Positions 27,890 to 36,385 of a stretch of DNA of 58,179 nt are shown in pieces (positions within the stretch are counted from its first letter, which is position 1; every line of letters starts with the position of its first letter). The DNA is taken from the IMG/VR virus record IMGVR_UViG_3300034170_000025, positions 1 to 58,179 of that record. One strand, given 5' to 3'. The translations under genes and the position numbers were made by a program. The notes under the pieces were generated by a model. It ran no database searches. It had not been told where the DNA came from and saw only the letters and a list, made by a program, of their open reading frames with translations. This DNA comes from a virus (lineage: Duplodnaviria; Caudoviricetes).

Positions 27890-28017
27890 ACAGACACGAC
27901 TAGTGCCTATATGTACAAGCGACCTATAAGCGCTTGACAGGAAAATATTCTTGTGCTATTCGCACGCGCTCCCGTCTCCTTATGTACTGGCTCTCTAAAA
28001 TAATTTGAAATTAAGTG

Positions 28018-28045
28018 TTGACGTGGTGTGTGATTTTGATAAGAT
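28018..28045 (+). promoter_or_regulatory. Early sigma70 promoter
   Basis: TTGACG-16-TAAGAT with an AT-rich UP-like element. Confidence 0.8.
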
Positions 28046-28091
28046 GGCGGCACACCAAACGAAAGCCACTTACGGCTAAGGAAGAAAGGCA

Positions 28092-29132
28092 ATGACAACT
28101 CCAGCACAGCAGCCAAAATTTCCCATTGACTCATTCGTTGAGGTCGTGGCTGGGGGTTGGGGCTTATCACCTGACCGCATCGGCGAGGTCATGGTAATTA
28201 AGGGTTTCACTTTGCGAGGCTCGGACGAGACCGTCTATCATGTAGCGGACCTCAACGGTGAGGATGTATCCCACTCCGCCTGGGAGCCATCTTTTAAAGC
28301 GGCTGTAAAGCCAGCGACTCTGCCACAACCTGTTGTGCCACCTATGCCGGTTAGCTTTACAGCACCACCAAGCCCATACACTGATTTACAGCAAACTGCC
28401 ATCAATACTTTTCAAGCTATGTATGATGCAGCGGCGGCCTATCGCCGAGGCGAGCCATCGCCAAACGCTACTAGCTTGAATCCCGATTATGGCATTTGCG
28501 ATAACATCGACCGTTTTGCCCGTGCTAATGGTTCCACTGAAACGCCAATGAGCGAGGTTAAGGAAAACTTTATCCGCCAAACTGAGGTTTACAGCGGTAA
28601 CTACACTTACCCTGTGCCATGCCCAGAGGGTGGGGATGCGTCGAGCGCTTTTAGCCGGAACTCTAACAAGTGGAATGGCCCTTACGGCTTGAATCGCTTA
28701 GTGCAACTGGGTCAGCTTATCGAGTTGATCAAGAGTGACAAGTGGGAGGATTCAATGGTTAAACGTAAGACGCCAGCATTCCGCAACGGCTTGACAGTGG
28801 GTGATATTGTTGTGTATACTCGTCGAAGCGAGCATACTTACTGGGTATTTCGTCGTGATGATGAAAGCATGTCTCCAAGTTTTCATAAGATCGGAGAGCC
28901 TGACGACTATACCGACCTTGATTTGAACTATGTTCGCAAGGTTGATAAGGTCGATGTTCGTGACCGGACGGTTAGCGAGTTCTTGGCTGAATTGAAAGTC
29001 AAGCAAGAAGAGCAAGAAACTATCAATAAGCAGATGGCAGAGTTAGCAGCGTTGCTGGCGTCGAATAAAGCGGCTATTGCCTTGCTTGATTTTGGTTTGG
29101 CCGCTCAACACAAAGTTAAGCGCCTCGCTTAA
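28092..29132 (+). CDS. Early multidomain hypothetical protein
   Basis: 346-aa ORF behind a strong promoter; Pro-rich linker; C-terminal coiled coil. Confidence 0.8.
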   Translation: MTTPAQQPKFPIDSFVEVVAGGWGLSPDRIGEVMVIKGFTLRGSDETVYHVADLNGEDVSHSAWEPSFKAAVKPATLPQPVVPPMPVSFTAPPSPYTDLQQTAINTFQAMYDAAAAYRRGEPSPNATSLNPDYGICDNIDRFARANGSTETPMSEVKENFIRQTEVYSGNYTYPVPCPEGGDASSAFSRNSNKWNGPYGLNRLVQLGQLIELIKSDKWEDSMVKRKTPAFRNGLTVGDIVVYTRRSEHTYWVFRRDDESMSPSFHKIGEPDDYTDLDLNYVRKVDKVDVRDRTVSEFLAELKVKQEEQETINKQMAELAALLASNKAAIALLDFGLAAQHKVKRLA

Positions 29133-29137
29133 AACAG

Positions 29138-29165
29138 TTGACGGGTTGTGTGGCTTCTGTAAAAT
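29138..29165 (+). promoter_or_regulatory. Early sigma70 promoter
   Basis: TTGACG-16-TAAAAT; TTGTGTGGC..GCCACACAA inverted repeat around -10. Confidence 0.75.
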
Positions 29166-29191
29166 GGGCCACACAAACAAGGGGATTCAAA

Positions 29192-29338
29192 ATGTTCTGG
29201 AAAATTTATAACAAACGAACTGGTATAATGGTTGAAAAGGTGTGGTACACTTTGGCTACTACAGCCGAGGAGGTTTACGCCCAACTGGAATATGAATTTG
29301 ACTTTGATATTCTGGTAGTTCCAGACTCTGAAGACTAA
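29192..29338 (+). CDS. Small early protein
   Basis: AGGGG SD before ATG 29192. Confidence 0.6.
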   Translation: MFWKIYNKRTGIMVEKVWYTLATTAEEVYAQLEYEFDFDILVVPDSED

Positions 29339-29347
29339 AATCAGTCG

Positions 29348-29376
29348 TTGACAGCTAGAGCTAAAGCCGTCACAAT
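29348..29376 (+). promoter_or_regulatory. Early sigma70 promoter
   Basis: TTGACA-17-CACAAT within GCCGTCA..TGACGGC inverted repeat. Confidence 0.65.
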
Positions 29377-29408
29377 GACGGCACACCAAATGTATAGAGG
29401 GTTACAAA

Positions 29409-29714
29409 ATGGCTACTGTATCTATCAGCAAAAAGCGTGAAATTCTTGATTCCGCGAAAGGCCAAATGTTCCAAGTGACTTTCGTCAAGGCAGACGGCAC
29501 AGTCCGTACCATGCAAGCCAAGAAGTGGATTGAGAAAGCCTTGGCAAGCGGTGACAAAAATGTACGTGGTGTATCCACTGTACCACCTGAGAACTATTCT
29601 CTTGTGGACATTGAAGCCTATAAGGCTGACCCTAAACGTTCGTACCGCTCGCTTAAGCTGGAAAGCCTCAAGAGCGCCACAGTGGCCGGTATCACCTACA
29701 CTTTCAACGAATAA
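29409..29714 (+). CDS. WYL_2/Sm-like SH3 beta-barrel protein
   Basis: FQVTFVKADGTVRTM...D.E....YRS.KLE pattern. Confidence 0.6.
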   Translation: MATVSISKKREILDSAKGQMFQVTFVKADGTVRTMQAKKWIEKALASGDKNVRGVSTVPPENYSLVDIEAYKADPKRSYRSLKLESLKSATVAGITYTFNE

Positions 29715-29725
29715 GGGACACGACA

Positions 29726-29863
29726 ATGCGTCTGATCAAAGTAAGCGAGTATCAAAAATCTTACCAATACGAACAAGCTAAGAAGCACGCCCGCCGTGCT
29801 GATATTGGCCGACGTTCGGGCCGTCGAGGCACTGGTGCCTGGGGTGTGTGGCGGGATTCATAA
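29726..29863 (+). CDS. Small basic protein (45 aa)
   Basis: AAGGGA SD; Arg-rich; resembles 25849-25992. Confidence 0.55.
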   Translation: MRLIKVSEYQKSYQYEQAKKHARRADIGRRSGRRGTGAWGVWRDS

Positions 29864-29891
29864 TAACTTCAAGGGCAGGCAATCTAAAAGG

Positions 29892-29920
29892 TTGACCTGC
29901 CCTTTTCATGTCTGTACAAT
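29892..29920 (+). promoter_or_regulatory. Early sigma70 promoter
   Basis: TTGACC-17-TACAAT. Confidence 0.7.
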
Positions 29921-29955
29921 TCTCCTTATCGAAACGCAATTAAAGAGGCTGCATC

Positions 29956-30072
29956 ATGACACAAGAATACTCAACAGTAGAAGCTGCTTTCAACTGTGCA
30001 GAACTGGCCCATTGGTTCCAAATCCCTTGCAAGCTGTTTAAAGAGGCCGGCAAGTGGTGTGTGAGGTTCTGA
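29956..30072 (+). CDS. Small early protein (38 aa)
   Basis: GAGG SD directly after the promoter. Confidence 0.5.
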   Translation: MTQEYSTVEAAFNCAELAHWFQIPCKLFKEAGKWCVRF

Positions 30073-30073
30073 T

Positions 30074-30448
30074 ATGGCAGCTATTAGACGCCCGCCACGG
30101 GCGCCAGTAAAGCCTAGAGCTAAGCCAGTGGTGCCCTTGCACCAACGTATCCTGGGGAAGCATCAAGTCGAGCTTGATACAGTCGAGGATTTGAGGCACA
30201 AACTTGAGTTAGCATATGACGCTGACTCAATTGAGTATGATTCTTATCTAGACTGTCATGAGGTGCTAGACAATAGGGAGGCTAAAGCCCTAGAGGGCTT
30301 GGCAAAGTCAAGGGGAAAGCCCCCTGATAAGGTGGTCCCGATTAGGGTTAAAGTGGTTGAAACCAAACCATGGAAGCCCTGGCAAGTCAAGTTGTTTATG
30401 GTAGTTACATTTTTCGTATTCTTCAAATTCTTTTCTTTTAAGCCTTGA
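30074..30448 (+). CDS. Tail-anchored membrane protein
   Basis: GAGG SD; C-terminal hydrophobic helix. Confidence 0.65.
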   Translation: MAAIRRPPRAPVKPRAKPVVPLHQRILGKHQVELDTVEDLRHKLELAYDADSIEYDSYLDCHEVLDNREAKALEGLAKSRGKPPDKVVPIRVKVVETKPWKPWQVKLFMVVTFFVFFKFFSFKP

Positions 30449-30499
30449 TCTACAGCAAAAACGCTGTACAATGGCCCAACACAACCAATAGGTGATAGC

Positions 30500-31195
30500 A
30501 TGTTTTACGTCCTTAACCCAGTATCCAGCAACTCTAAAGTGGGCCCAATGCCTGTTAGCACGTCGAATAGCTCGACATGTCCGGATGCTTGCCCTCTCAA
30601 GTTGAAAGGCTGTTATGCAAAGTACGGCCCAAGCGGTATGCACTGGCGCCGACTGGATGAAGGGCAAAGCAAGAACGCCAAAGAGTGGGGCGAGTTTCTT
30701 AAAGACGTAAAACGTTTGGGCCGTGATGTTTTGTGGCGTCATAACGTGGCCGGTGATTTGAACGGCGTAGATGACTGCCTCGACACTACTGGCCTTAATC
30801 AGTTAGTTAACGCCAACAAAGGCAAACGCGGTTTTACATACACACATTATCCGGTACTTGAGCAACAATCCCCACACGCTCCCCATAATAGCGAATGGAT
30901 TAGAGTTGCCAACCTTCAAGGCTTTACAATCAACCTTAGCGGCAATGACGTTAATCATGCCGACAAGCTCAAAGCACTTGACATTGCCCCGGTTGTCGTG
31001 CTTATGCCCCGTGGTGCTGAAAAGGTTAGCTACACACCCAAGGGCAATAAGGTGGTGATTTGTCCCGCCGAAGGTAGCGACAAAGTTACATGCCTAACGT
31101 GTGGTTTGTGCCAGCTTCCTAAACGAGACTACATTATCGGGTTTCGGGCTCATGGTACAGCGGCGAAGACAGTTGAACTAATCGCAAGGGGTTGA
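30500..31195 (+). CDS. Cys-rich conserved phage protein (GP88-like or radical-SAM-like Cys motif)
   Basis: TCPDACPLKLKGCYA, RHNVAGD, FTYTH, CPA, CLTCGLC, FRAHG; promoter TTGATC-16-TACAAT at 30445. Confidence 0.65.
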   Translation: MFYVLNPVSSNSKVGPMPVSTSNSSTCPDACPLKLKGCYAKYGPSGMHWRRLDEGQSKNAKEWGEFLKDVKRLGRDVLWRHNVAGDLNGVDDCLDTTGLNQLVNANKGKRGFTYTHYPVLEQQSPHAPHNSEWIRVANLQGFTINLSGNDVNHADKLKALDIAPVVVLMPRGAEKVSYTPKGNKVVICPAEGSDKVTCLTCGLCQLPKRDYIIGFRAHGTAAKTVELIARG

Positions 31196-31251
31196 TAGAA
31201 TGAAAGGCGCCAGCATAATAGCTAGGCGCCTTTTCTTTTGAGGTTTACAAA

Positions 31252-31590
31252 GTGAATTCAAGTGTATACGCTGCGCTCAATAGTTGTTCAACCACGGGCC
31301 TAGAAGAGCAAATAGCCTACATGGAATGCCCCACAGGCCAGATTGTAAGACTATTCCGTGACCACAAAGGATGGCATAGGATTGTGCTTTTTGAATCGAT
31401 TGCGCCCAATAGTGGAGTTTCCGCTGTACTTGTGCAAGCCGACGGCGAGGTACACTATAAAGAAACTGCGCCACAAGCAAGGGGAAATAAGTATACAAGA
31501 ATGCTACAGGTTGTGTTGACATTGTGGGGCATTAAGTGGTATCGCTCAACTCTGCTAACAGTTGCTGGCGCCGCTTGCTACAAAGACTAA
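31252..31590 (+). CDS. Hypothetical protein
   Basis: GAGG SD, GTG start. Confidence 0.6.
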   Translation: MNSSVYAALNSCSTTGLEEQIAYMECPTGQIVRLFRDHKGWHRIVLFESIAPNSGVSAVLVQADGEVHYKETAPQARGNKYTRMLQVVLTLWGIKWYRSTLLTVAGAACYKD

Positions 31591-31609
31591 AATAATTTGA
31601 AAAAGAGTG

Positions 31610-31637
31610 TTGACAGCCATAACCAACGCTGTAGAAT
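31610..31637 (+). promoter_or_regulatory. Early sigma70 promoter
   Basis: TTGACA-16-TAGAAT; upstream CTAAAATAATTTGAAA is shared with the 28018 promoter region. Confidence 0.8.
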
Positions 31638-31706
31638 TGACCACACAAGAGGCGAACAAGCCTCACAAGGCCGAAAGGCTAAACCTGCATACTAGGAATC
31701 GCACCC

Positions 31707-31997
31707 ATGAAAGCTGTTAAATTCGATCTTCGCACCATGTCCGCTGACGCTGTAGTTGAACTGTCCAAAGTGTTGGCAAATAGTGGTGCTTTTCGAATTG
31801 AGCGGGGTGTGCGTTTCTCGGTTGTAGGCGAATCTTACAAGGTGTGGCAGTCTCAGAATGGCCTGTTTGTTTGGGTTGATAATTCCGGCGAACTGCATCA
31901 GGGTTACAGCGAAAATAAATTTAAAAAGAGTTTGCTTAAAGAATTCATTGCGGTAGAATACAAACAACAAAATGTAGTTTCTTTTGTTCCAGCCTAA
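31707..31997 (+). CDS. Hypothetical protein
   Basis: AGGA SD, follows the promoter. Confidence 0.7.
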   Translation: MKAVKFDLRTMSADAVVELSKVLANSGAFRIERGVRFSVVGESYKVWQSQNGLFVWVDNSGELHQGYSENKFKKSLLKEFIAVEYKQQNVVSFVPA

Positions 31998-32024
31998 TTA
32001 AACCAATTTAAAAGGTAACGCATC

Positions 32025-32384
32025 ATGTCTTACAAAGTCGAAGCTGTTAAAGAACTGGCCCAAGAAATTAAAGCTGCTGGCTTTCGTGTGTTTATCGCTA
32101 AAAGTGGGACACACGGTTTCTACACCGACGCGGCTGGCACTAAGGTTGTGAGTTTCCAATTTGACCTGGGCGGTTTCAAATTCACCGGAAACTATAAAAC
32201 CAGCCAACCAAGCCGAACTGGTACGGGTTGGCAGTTGCAAGATGGCAGCTTTGAAGACATGTTCAAACAAATGCCACCAAATTGGGCTGTTGGTAGTGGT
32301 ATCGATTGGAAATATACCACGCTTGAGCAACACTTGAAGACTTATCAAGCAAGCTCGCAATACGTTGAAGTGGGTGTAGAATGA
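32025..32384 (+). CDS. Hypothetical protein
   Basis: AAGG SD. Confidence 0.7.
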   Translation: MSYKVEAVKELAQEIKAAGFRVFIAKSGTHGFYTDAAGTKVVSFQFDLGGFKFTGNYKTSQPSRTGTGWQLQDGSFEDMFKQMPPNWAVGSGIDWKYTTLEQHLKTYQASSQYVEVGVE

Positions 32385-32569
32385 AAACTATTCACTACGG
32401 TATGACCGAAGCTCAAGCCCGCCGCAAAGCTGGCAGTAATGGAAGTTTTCAAGGGCCATTGCCTTTGTGTGGCAATGGTAGTTTTCACGTTGACGTCACT
32501 AGCGCCCATTGGGCTGTGACTTGCGAGGCTTGCAAGGCTACCCTCAAAACTCGCCCTGCTTACCTGTAA
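32381..32569 (+). CDS. Small Zn-binding-like protein
   Basis: IH...PLCG...VTCEAC; ATGA overlap. Confidence 0.6.
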   Translation: MKTIHYGMTEAQARRKAGSNGSFQGPLPLCGNGSFHVDVTSAHWAVTCEACKATLKTRPAYL

Positions 32570-32577
32570 AACAACCC

Positions 32578-32605
32578 TTGCATTGCCCGTTCAAACTGAT
32601 AGAAT
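32578..32605 (+). promoter_or_regulatory. Early sigma70 promoter
   Basis: TTGCAT-16-TAGAAT; TGCCCGTTC..GAATGGGCA inverted repeat. Confidence 0.7.
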
Positions 32606-32636
32606 GGGCACACACAAACGATAGAGGCAACGCAAT

Positions 32637-33236
32637 ATGGAACGCTATTTCATTCGCAACTGCTTAGGCCAGATTGTAGGCAATCCCAAGGGTTACACCA
32701 CCTACAAGGGCGCCAGTATGATCTTTAATCGTCAGAAAATGCAGGTTGAGTTGATTGACCTTGCCCACGAGCTTGGCGTTAAAGGCAGTTCGCAAAATAG
32801 TGTTTTGATTGGCTCTATCAAGTTGGAAAAGGTGGGCGAAGAGCCTGTCAAATCTCTGACTATTGTTCGAGTAGAGGGCCAGACTGGTCGTGGAATGTAT
32901 GACCATCTGTGGTTTGACTGCGGTCTACCTAACGACTCCGCACACCCAACCGTACTATCTGACTCACTGTATCAGAAAAGTTTAGCTAAAAATGGCTTTG
33001 GTCATACCTGGGAACCAAGGGGGCACCGGTTCGGCTTTCTTAACCTGGACATGCTACGCCGTTGGATTTACTCTGACGACTGGGTCACTGCATTAAGTGA
33101 TAGAGGTGCCGTCTTGTGTACCTACAGTGTTCCTGTAGATTCTGTTATCGTGGGACGAACTCAAGTGACGTTTGACTACGAAAAAGCTGTTTGCCTTTAT
33201 CGAAAACCGCTTGCAAGCGTCTTGGAACAAGACTAG
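32637..33236 (+). CDS. Two-domain early hypothetical protein
   Basis: GAGG SD; C-terminal domain IVRVE..G.G.Y...HP...FGF. Confidence 0.7.
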   Translation: MERYFIRNCLGQIVGNPKGYTTYKGASMIFNRQKMQVELIDLAHELGVKGSSQNSVLIGSIKLEKVGEEPVKSLTIVRVEGQTGRGMYDHLWFDCGLPNDSAHPTVLSDSLYQKSLAKNGFGHTWEPRGHRFGFLNLDMLRRWIYSDDWVTALSDRGAVLCTYSVPVDSVIVGRTQVTFDYEKAVCLYRKPLASVLEQD

Positions 33237-33269
33237 AATACTCACACACCAACAAAGGAACCAAGCAAA

Positions 33270-33437
33270 ATGAATATTAAACAAGCCCACTCTGTACTGA
33301 TCGCTAGAGGCTGGTGCAAGTTGCCCGTAGAGGTTAAAGAGCCAAACGCCCAGGGCGAGTATGGCGTCCAGTATATCAACCAACAAGGGCAAATTTTCTG
33401 GCTCAACCCTGTTACCCTGAAAACTGGCCCACAATAA
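33270..33437 (+). CDS. Small early protein (55 aa)
   Basis: AAGGA SD; promoter TTGCAA-17-TAGAAT at 33211-33239. Confidence 0.6.
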   Translation: MNIKQAHSVLIARGWCKLPVEVKEPNAQGEYGVQYINQQGQIFWLNPVTLKTGPQ

Positions 33438-33454
33438 ACAAAGGTATTGCCGCT

Positions 33455-33895
33455 ATGACCATCACCGTAACCAGCTTGACCCACCCAACCATGATTGCTA
33501 AAATCCGTCAAGCCCTCTACTACGCCCATAAAGGCGAGGGCCACAAGATGGGAGGGCATGATAAGCGGTGCTATATCAAGAACGCCAAAGGCCATAACAT
33601 CATGCGTCTTAACTGGGTTGGTGGTGAACAGGGTTTCATTGTATATGGCGATCAAGCTCGCAATATTACCCATATTGTCAAGAAAGCGTTACAACGAGCT
33701 AAGGAAAAGTCTCGACAAAAGGCTAAGAGAGCTTCTTATGCACTGGCCTACAGTGGTTACAACCCAGACAAAGCTGGTAGCGAACAGCTTAGCAAAATGG
33801 CCCTGGTGTGTGGCCTGACTCTTGCCCTCACAGGCTGTCAAGCCCCTGGAGCAATGACAGCTCTCTATAGTGTGTTGGGGAGTTTGTTTACATGA
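33455..33895 (+). CDS. Basic protein with C-terminal hydrophobic segment
   Basis: AAGG SD; C-terminal LVCGLTLALTGC. Confidence 0.65.
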   Translation: MTITVTSLTHPTMIAKIRQALYYAHKGEGHKMGGHDKRCYIKNAKGHNIMRLNWVGGEQGFIVYGDQARNITHIVKKALQRAKEKSRQKAKRASYALAYSGYNPDKAGSEQLSKMALVCGLTLALTGCQAPGAMTALYSVLGSLFT

Positions 33896-34068
33896 ACATC
33901 AAAATCATTCTCATTAGGGCTAAGAAGCTGGCCGAAGTGTCTCGTAATGGGAAGGTTTTCACAAGTGGCACAGTCTACAATATGAGCCACTTTCGTCAGG
34001 TTGAAAAGCGTTTCAAAGCGTGGGACGCCCAAGGTTGGCCCTACATTCCAGAGGATGAAAGAGAATGA
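33892..34068 (+). CDS. Small early protein (58 aa)
   Basis: ATGA overlap; GGAG SD. Confidence 0.55.
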   Translation: MNIKIILIRAKKLAEVSRNGKVFTSGTVYNMSHFRQVEKRFKAWDAQGWPYIPEDERE

Positions 34069-34208
34069 ATCGCACAAAAGAAACCTATTACATGCAGTCC
34101 GCTGCAATAGCACGGGCCAGCTTCTATATGGCCGAAGGTCATAGTGTGAGCTTCTATCGTGATATGCAAGACGGCCACCGTGTGTGGATTGTCGAGTGGA
34201 CGCCTTAA
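34065..34208 (+). CDS. Small early protein (47 aa)
   Basis: ATGA overlap; GAGG SD. Confidence 0.5.
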   Translation: MNRTKETYYMQSAAIARASFYMAEGHSVSFYRDMQDGHRVWIVEWTP

Positions 34209-34316
34209 AATAATTGCCCGTCCACTGAAATAATGTGTTGACGGGCTTTTTCGTTCCTGTAGAATAACCACTATGGAAAGGCAAAACGCCTAACCCAAAT
34301 CCTCTAAGGTGACAGC

Positions 34317-34673
34317 ATGAACGTTATGGCCCAAGCTCACAAAATGACCCGCGAAGCAATGTCGAAAGTTGATAAATCGGTTTGTGTTATCACCTACAAG
34401 CAAGCCTTTTCCGTCTACTTGCGTGCCGCTCATATCGCTTACAAGGAAGAGTGCAAAAACTCCCCTATCGACTGGTACAGCGTCGAGGGTCACGTGGTTT
34501 GCGAGGAAACCGGCACCTACATCCCTTTCTATGAAGGCACTAGCAAAGCATCCGTGGCGGCTGCAAACGTCCTTTGGTACGTCGAAAACTTTGATAAACA
34601 TTTTGTTAAAGTTGTAGCCAGTCGTGAGAATGGTAGCGTTGTTGTAGAGAAGGCAAAAACAAACTACAAATAA
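34317..34673 (+). CDS. Hypothetical protein
   Basis: Promoter TTGACG-16-TAGAAT at 34238-34265; AAGG SD; VMAQAHKMTR...FSVYLRAAH. Confidence 0.7.
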   Translation: MNVMAQAHKMTREAMSKVDKSVCVITYKQAFSVYLRAAHIAYKEECKNSPIDWYSVEGHVVCEETGTYIPFYEGTSKASVAAANVLWYVENFDKHFVKVVASRENGSVVVEKAKTNYK

Positions 34674-34678
34674 ACCGC

Positions 34679-34707
34679 TTGCAAGGGGCATTATCAAGCT
34701 ATACAAT
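34679..34707 (+). promoter_or_regulatory. Early sigma70 promoter
   Basis: TTGCAA-17-TACAAT; AGGGGCATT..AATGCCCCT inverted repeat. Confidence 0.7.
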
Positions 34708-34741
34708 GCCCCTACACCAACACAGACAAGAGTGATACAAA

Positions 34742-34960
34742 ATGGCAAAGCGTTTGATCCACACCGAAACCCACACCACCGGACTTGGGATTGTTCACAC
34801 TGCTAAGGTGTATCGTGATAGTGAGTGGAACGAGTGGCAAGTGGTTTTTGCTCGTGACCGTAACACGAACTACAAGGCGAGCTATCACGCCGGTGATAAG
34901 GCAGACGCCATTGATACAGCCAAGTATCACATTCATCGTATGTCCAAACAGTTCGCATAA
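34742..34960 (+). CDS. Hypothetical protein
   Basis: AKVYRDSEWNEWQV...YH..DK.DAIDTA. Confidence 0.7.
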   Translation: MAKRLIHTETHTTGLGIVHTAKVYRDSEWNEWQVVFARDRNTNYKASYHAGDKADAIDTAKYHIHRMSKQFA

Positions 34961-35049
34961 TCAGGGGTCACACATGATCATCACCATTATCGAACTGGCC
35001 CTGGCCGCTTTCATCATCGTCGGCCTCTATAAGCTGTGGAGCGTGTAAC

Positions 35050-35313
35050 ATGATCTTCGCAACTGTCCTTAGCCTGTGCATGTCCGCATCATACAGCGAC
35101 TGTAACGACTACATTGTCGACGTCGCCCCAACAAGCAAAGACTGTAAAGTCAACCTTATCAACCACTCCAAGCGTATGGCTAATGTGTGGGCTCTCGATT
35201 CACTGCCTGCCCTGGCTAGCTTCTTGAAAGAGTTTCACATTGTAGAACAAGTCGAGGATATCGCAAGCTACGACTACACTTGTCAACCCATCGCTGATAA
35301 GGATGTTCCTTAG
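35050..35313 (+). CDS. YebW/DUF1482-like small Cys-containing exported protein
   Basis: IFATVLSLC...C.DYIVD...DC...YTCQ. Confidence 0.55.
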   Translation: MIFATVLSLCMSASYSDCNDYIVDVAPTSKDCKVNLINHSKRMANVWALDSLPALASFLKEFHIVEQVEDIASYDYTCQPIADKDVP

Positions 35314-35334
35314 AGCTTGTAGTCGTTGAACATG

Positions 35335-35358
35335 AGCCCGCCATGAGCGGGCCTTTTC
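35335..35358 (+). terminator. Intrinsic terminator closing the early block
   Basis: GCCCGC-CATGA-GCGGGC followed by CTTTT. Confidence 0.7.
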
Positions 35359-35416
35359 ATTCCTATCAACATGAGCCAAATTCAAGTTGCTTGCTGTGAA
35401 CATGAATCTAATTCGT

Positions 35417-35445
35417 TTGACAGGTTTTCATTCGCACGGTACAAT
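35417..35445 (+). promoter_or_regulatory. Consensus sigma70 promoter facing an ORF-less region
   Basis: TTGACA-17-TACAAT. Confidence 0.75.
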
Positions 35446-35463
35446 ACCTTAAGAGCTTTACCT

Positions 35464-36202
35464 TTAAGCGACAGCTTAAGGAAGTAATCCGATAGCTATA
35501 AAACATAATAACAAAACTCCTAAAGAATATCAACCCATAGCTTCGCTATAAGGGATTAAACCTTATGACCTTCGGTCATGTAGTTTGCACGGATCAAAAA
35601 GCGATAGCTTTTGTGGTTATCAATTGTAAAATATCTATAACATAAACCCCTAAAAACTATCTCAAAACCTAAGCCAAGGCTTAGAAGGTTAAACCCTCAG
35701 ACCGAAGGTCTAAGAAGGTCAAGAGCGGGCTGTAAGCCCCGTATTACAAGCGTTAGAGGCTATCCTACCCAATGCTACGCATTGAAGAGAAAACCCCTCA
35801 AATCAACGCTAAACCCCTTTCTAGCTCTCTGCCTCGCGTGGGTGAGCCCCGTTAGGGGCGAGACACTAAGCGAAGCGCTCTCACTTTCAGTGAATTGTCA
35901 AGAACTTCCTTAGATCATTACGCTATGTCCTACGGACAAACAGTTCTAACACCATGAGGGCAAATCCTCCCCAGTTGGCACACTTCTAGCAAGGCATATT
36001 GCATGCCAGGAATATCACCCCCTAGAGGGACAACCCCCATGGGCATGCTCGCCCTATGCACACACCCCTAACATGAATAACTCTCATGAGAGAATGAATC
36101 ACACATGACAATACATCCTATGTGCGAGCAATCCTACATGTTAATCATTCTCATGTGTGCATACGCACAAGTACAGAGCCACACGCTCTAATGCGAAGCA
36201 TT
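35464..36202. repeat. Array of short palindromes with GNA/GNNA-type loops
   Basis: At least 12 stems of 5-7 bp, nearly all with 3-4 nt loops (listed in findings). Confidence 0.8.
35976..36008. promoter_or_regulatory. Two opposed sigma54 (-24/-12)-like sites
   Basis: TGGCACACTTCTAGCA (+) and TGGCATGCAATATGCC (-), both GG-N10-GC. Confidence 0.45.
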
Positions 36203-36385
36203 GAAAGGCTAGCCCCTGGAGGGTGATACACACTCATGAGGATAAACCCTTGCCGGTGTGACCCTTTGAGGGAGATGTTCCACGTGGAGCAAATCTCTTT
36301 TATGGTGGAACGTTTGATGGGGCGAGCCCTCCCTAATAGGATTGATTCCCCTATGGGAGTGACTTTCCAATGAGAAGTGTTCTCG
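36139..36385. promoter_or_regulatory. Fur-box-like palindromes
   Basis: TGTTAAT-C-ATTCTCA (36139), TGAGAAG-T-GTTCTCG (36371); weaker copies at 36072 and 36089. Confidence 0.5.
36276..36291. promoter_or_regulatory. parS: parS-like site
   Basis: TGTTCCACGTGGAGCA, one mismatch to TGTTCCACGTGGAACA. Confidence 0.6.

Noticed and set aside
33899-33915. Fur-like AAAATCATTCTCATT
   Set aside because: Lies inside a plausible coding sequence (KIILI) and matches mainly one half-site.
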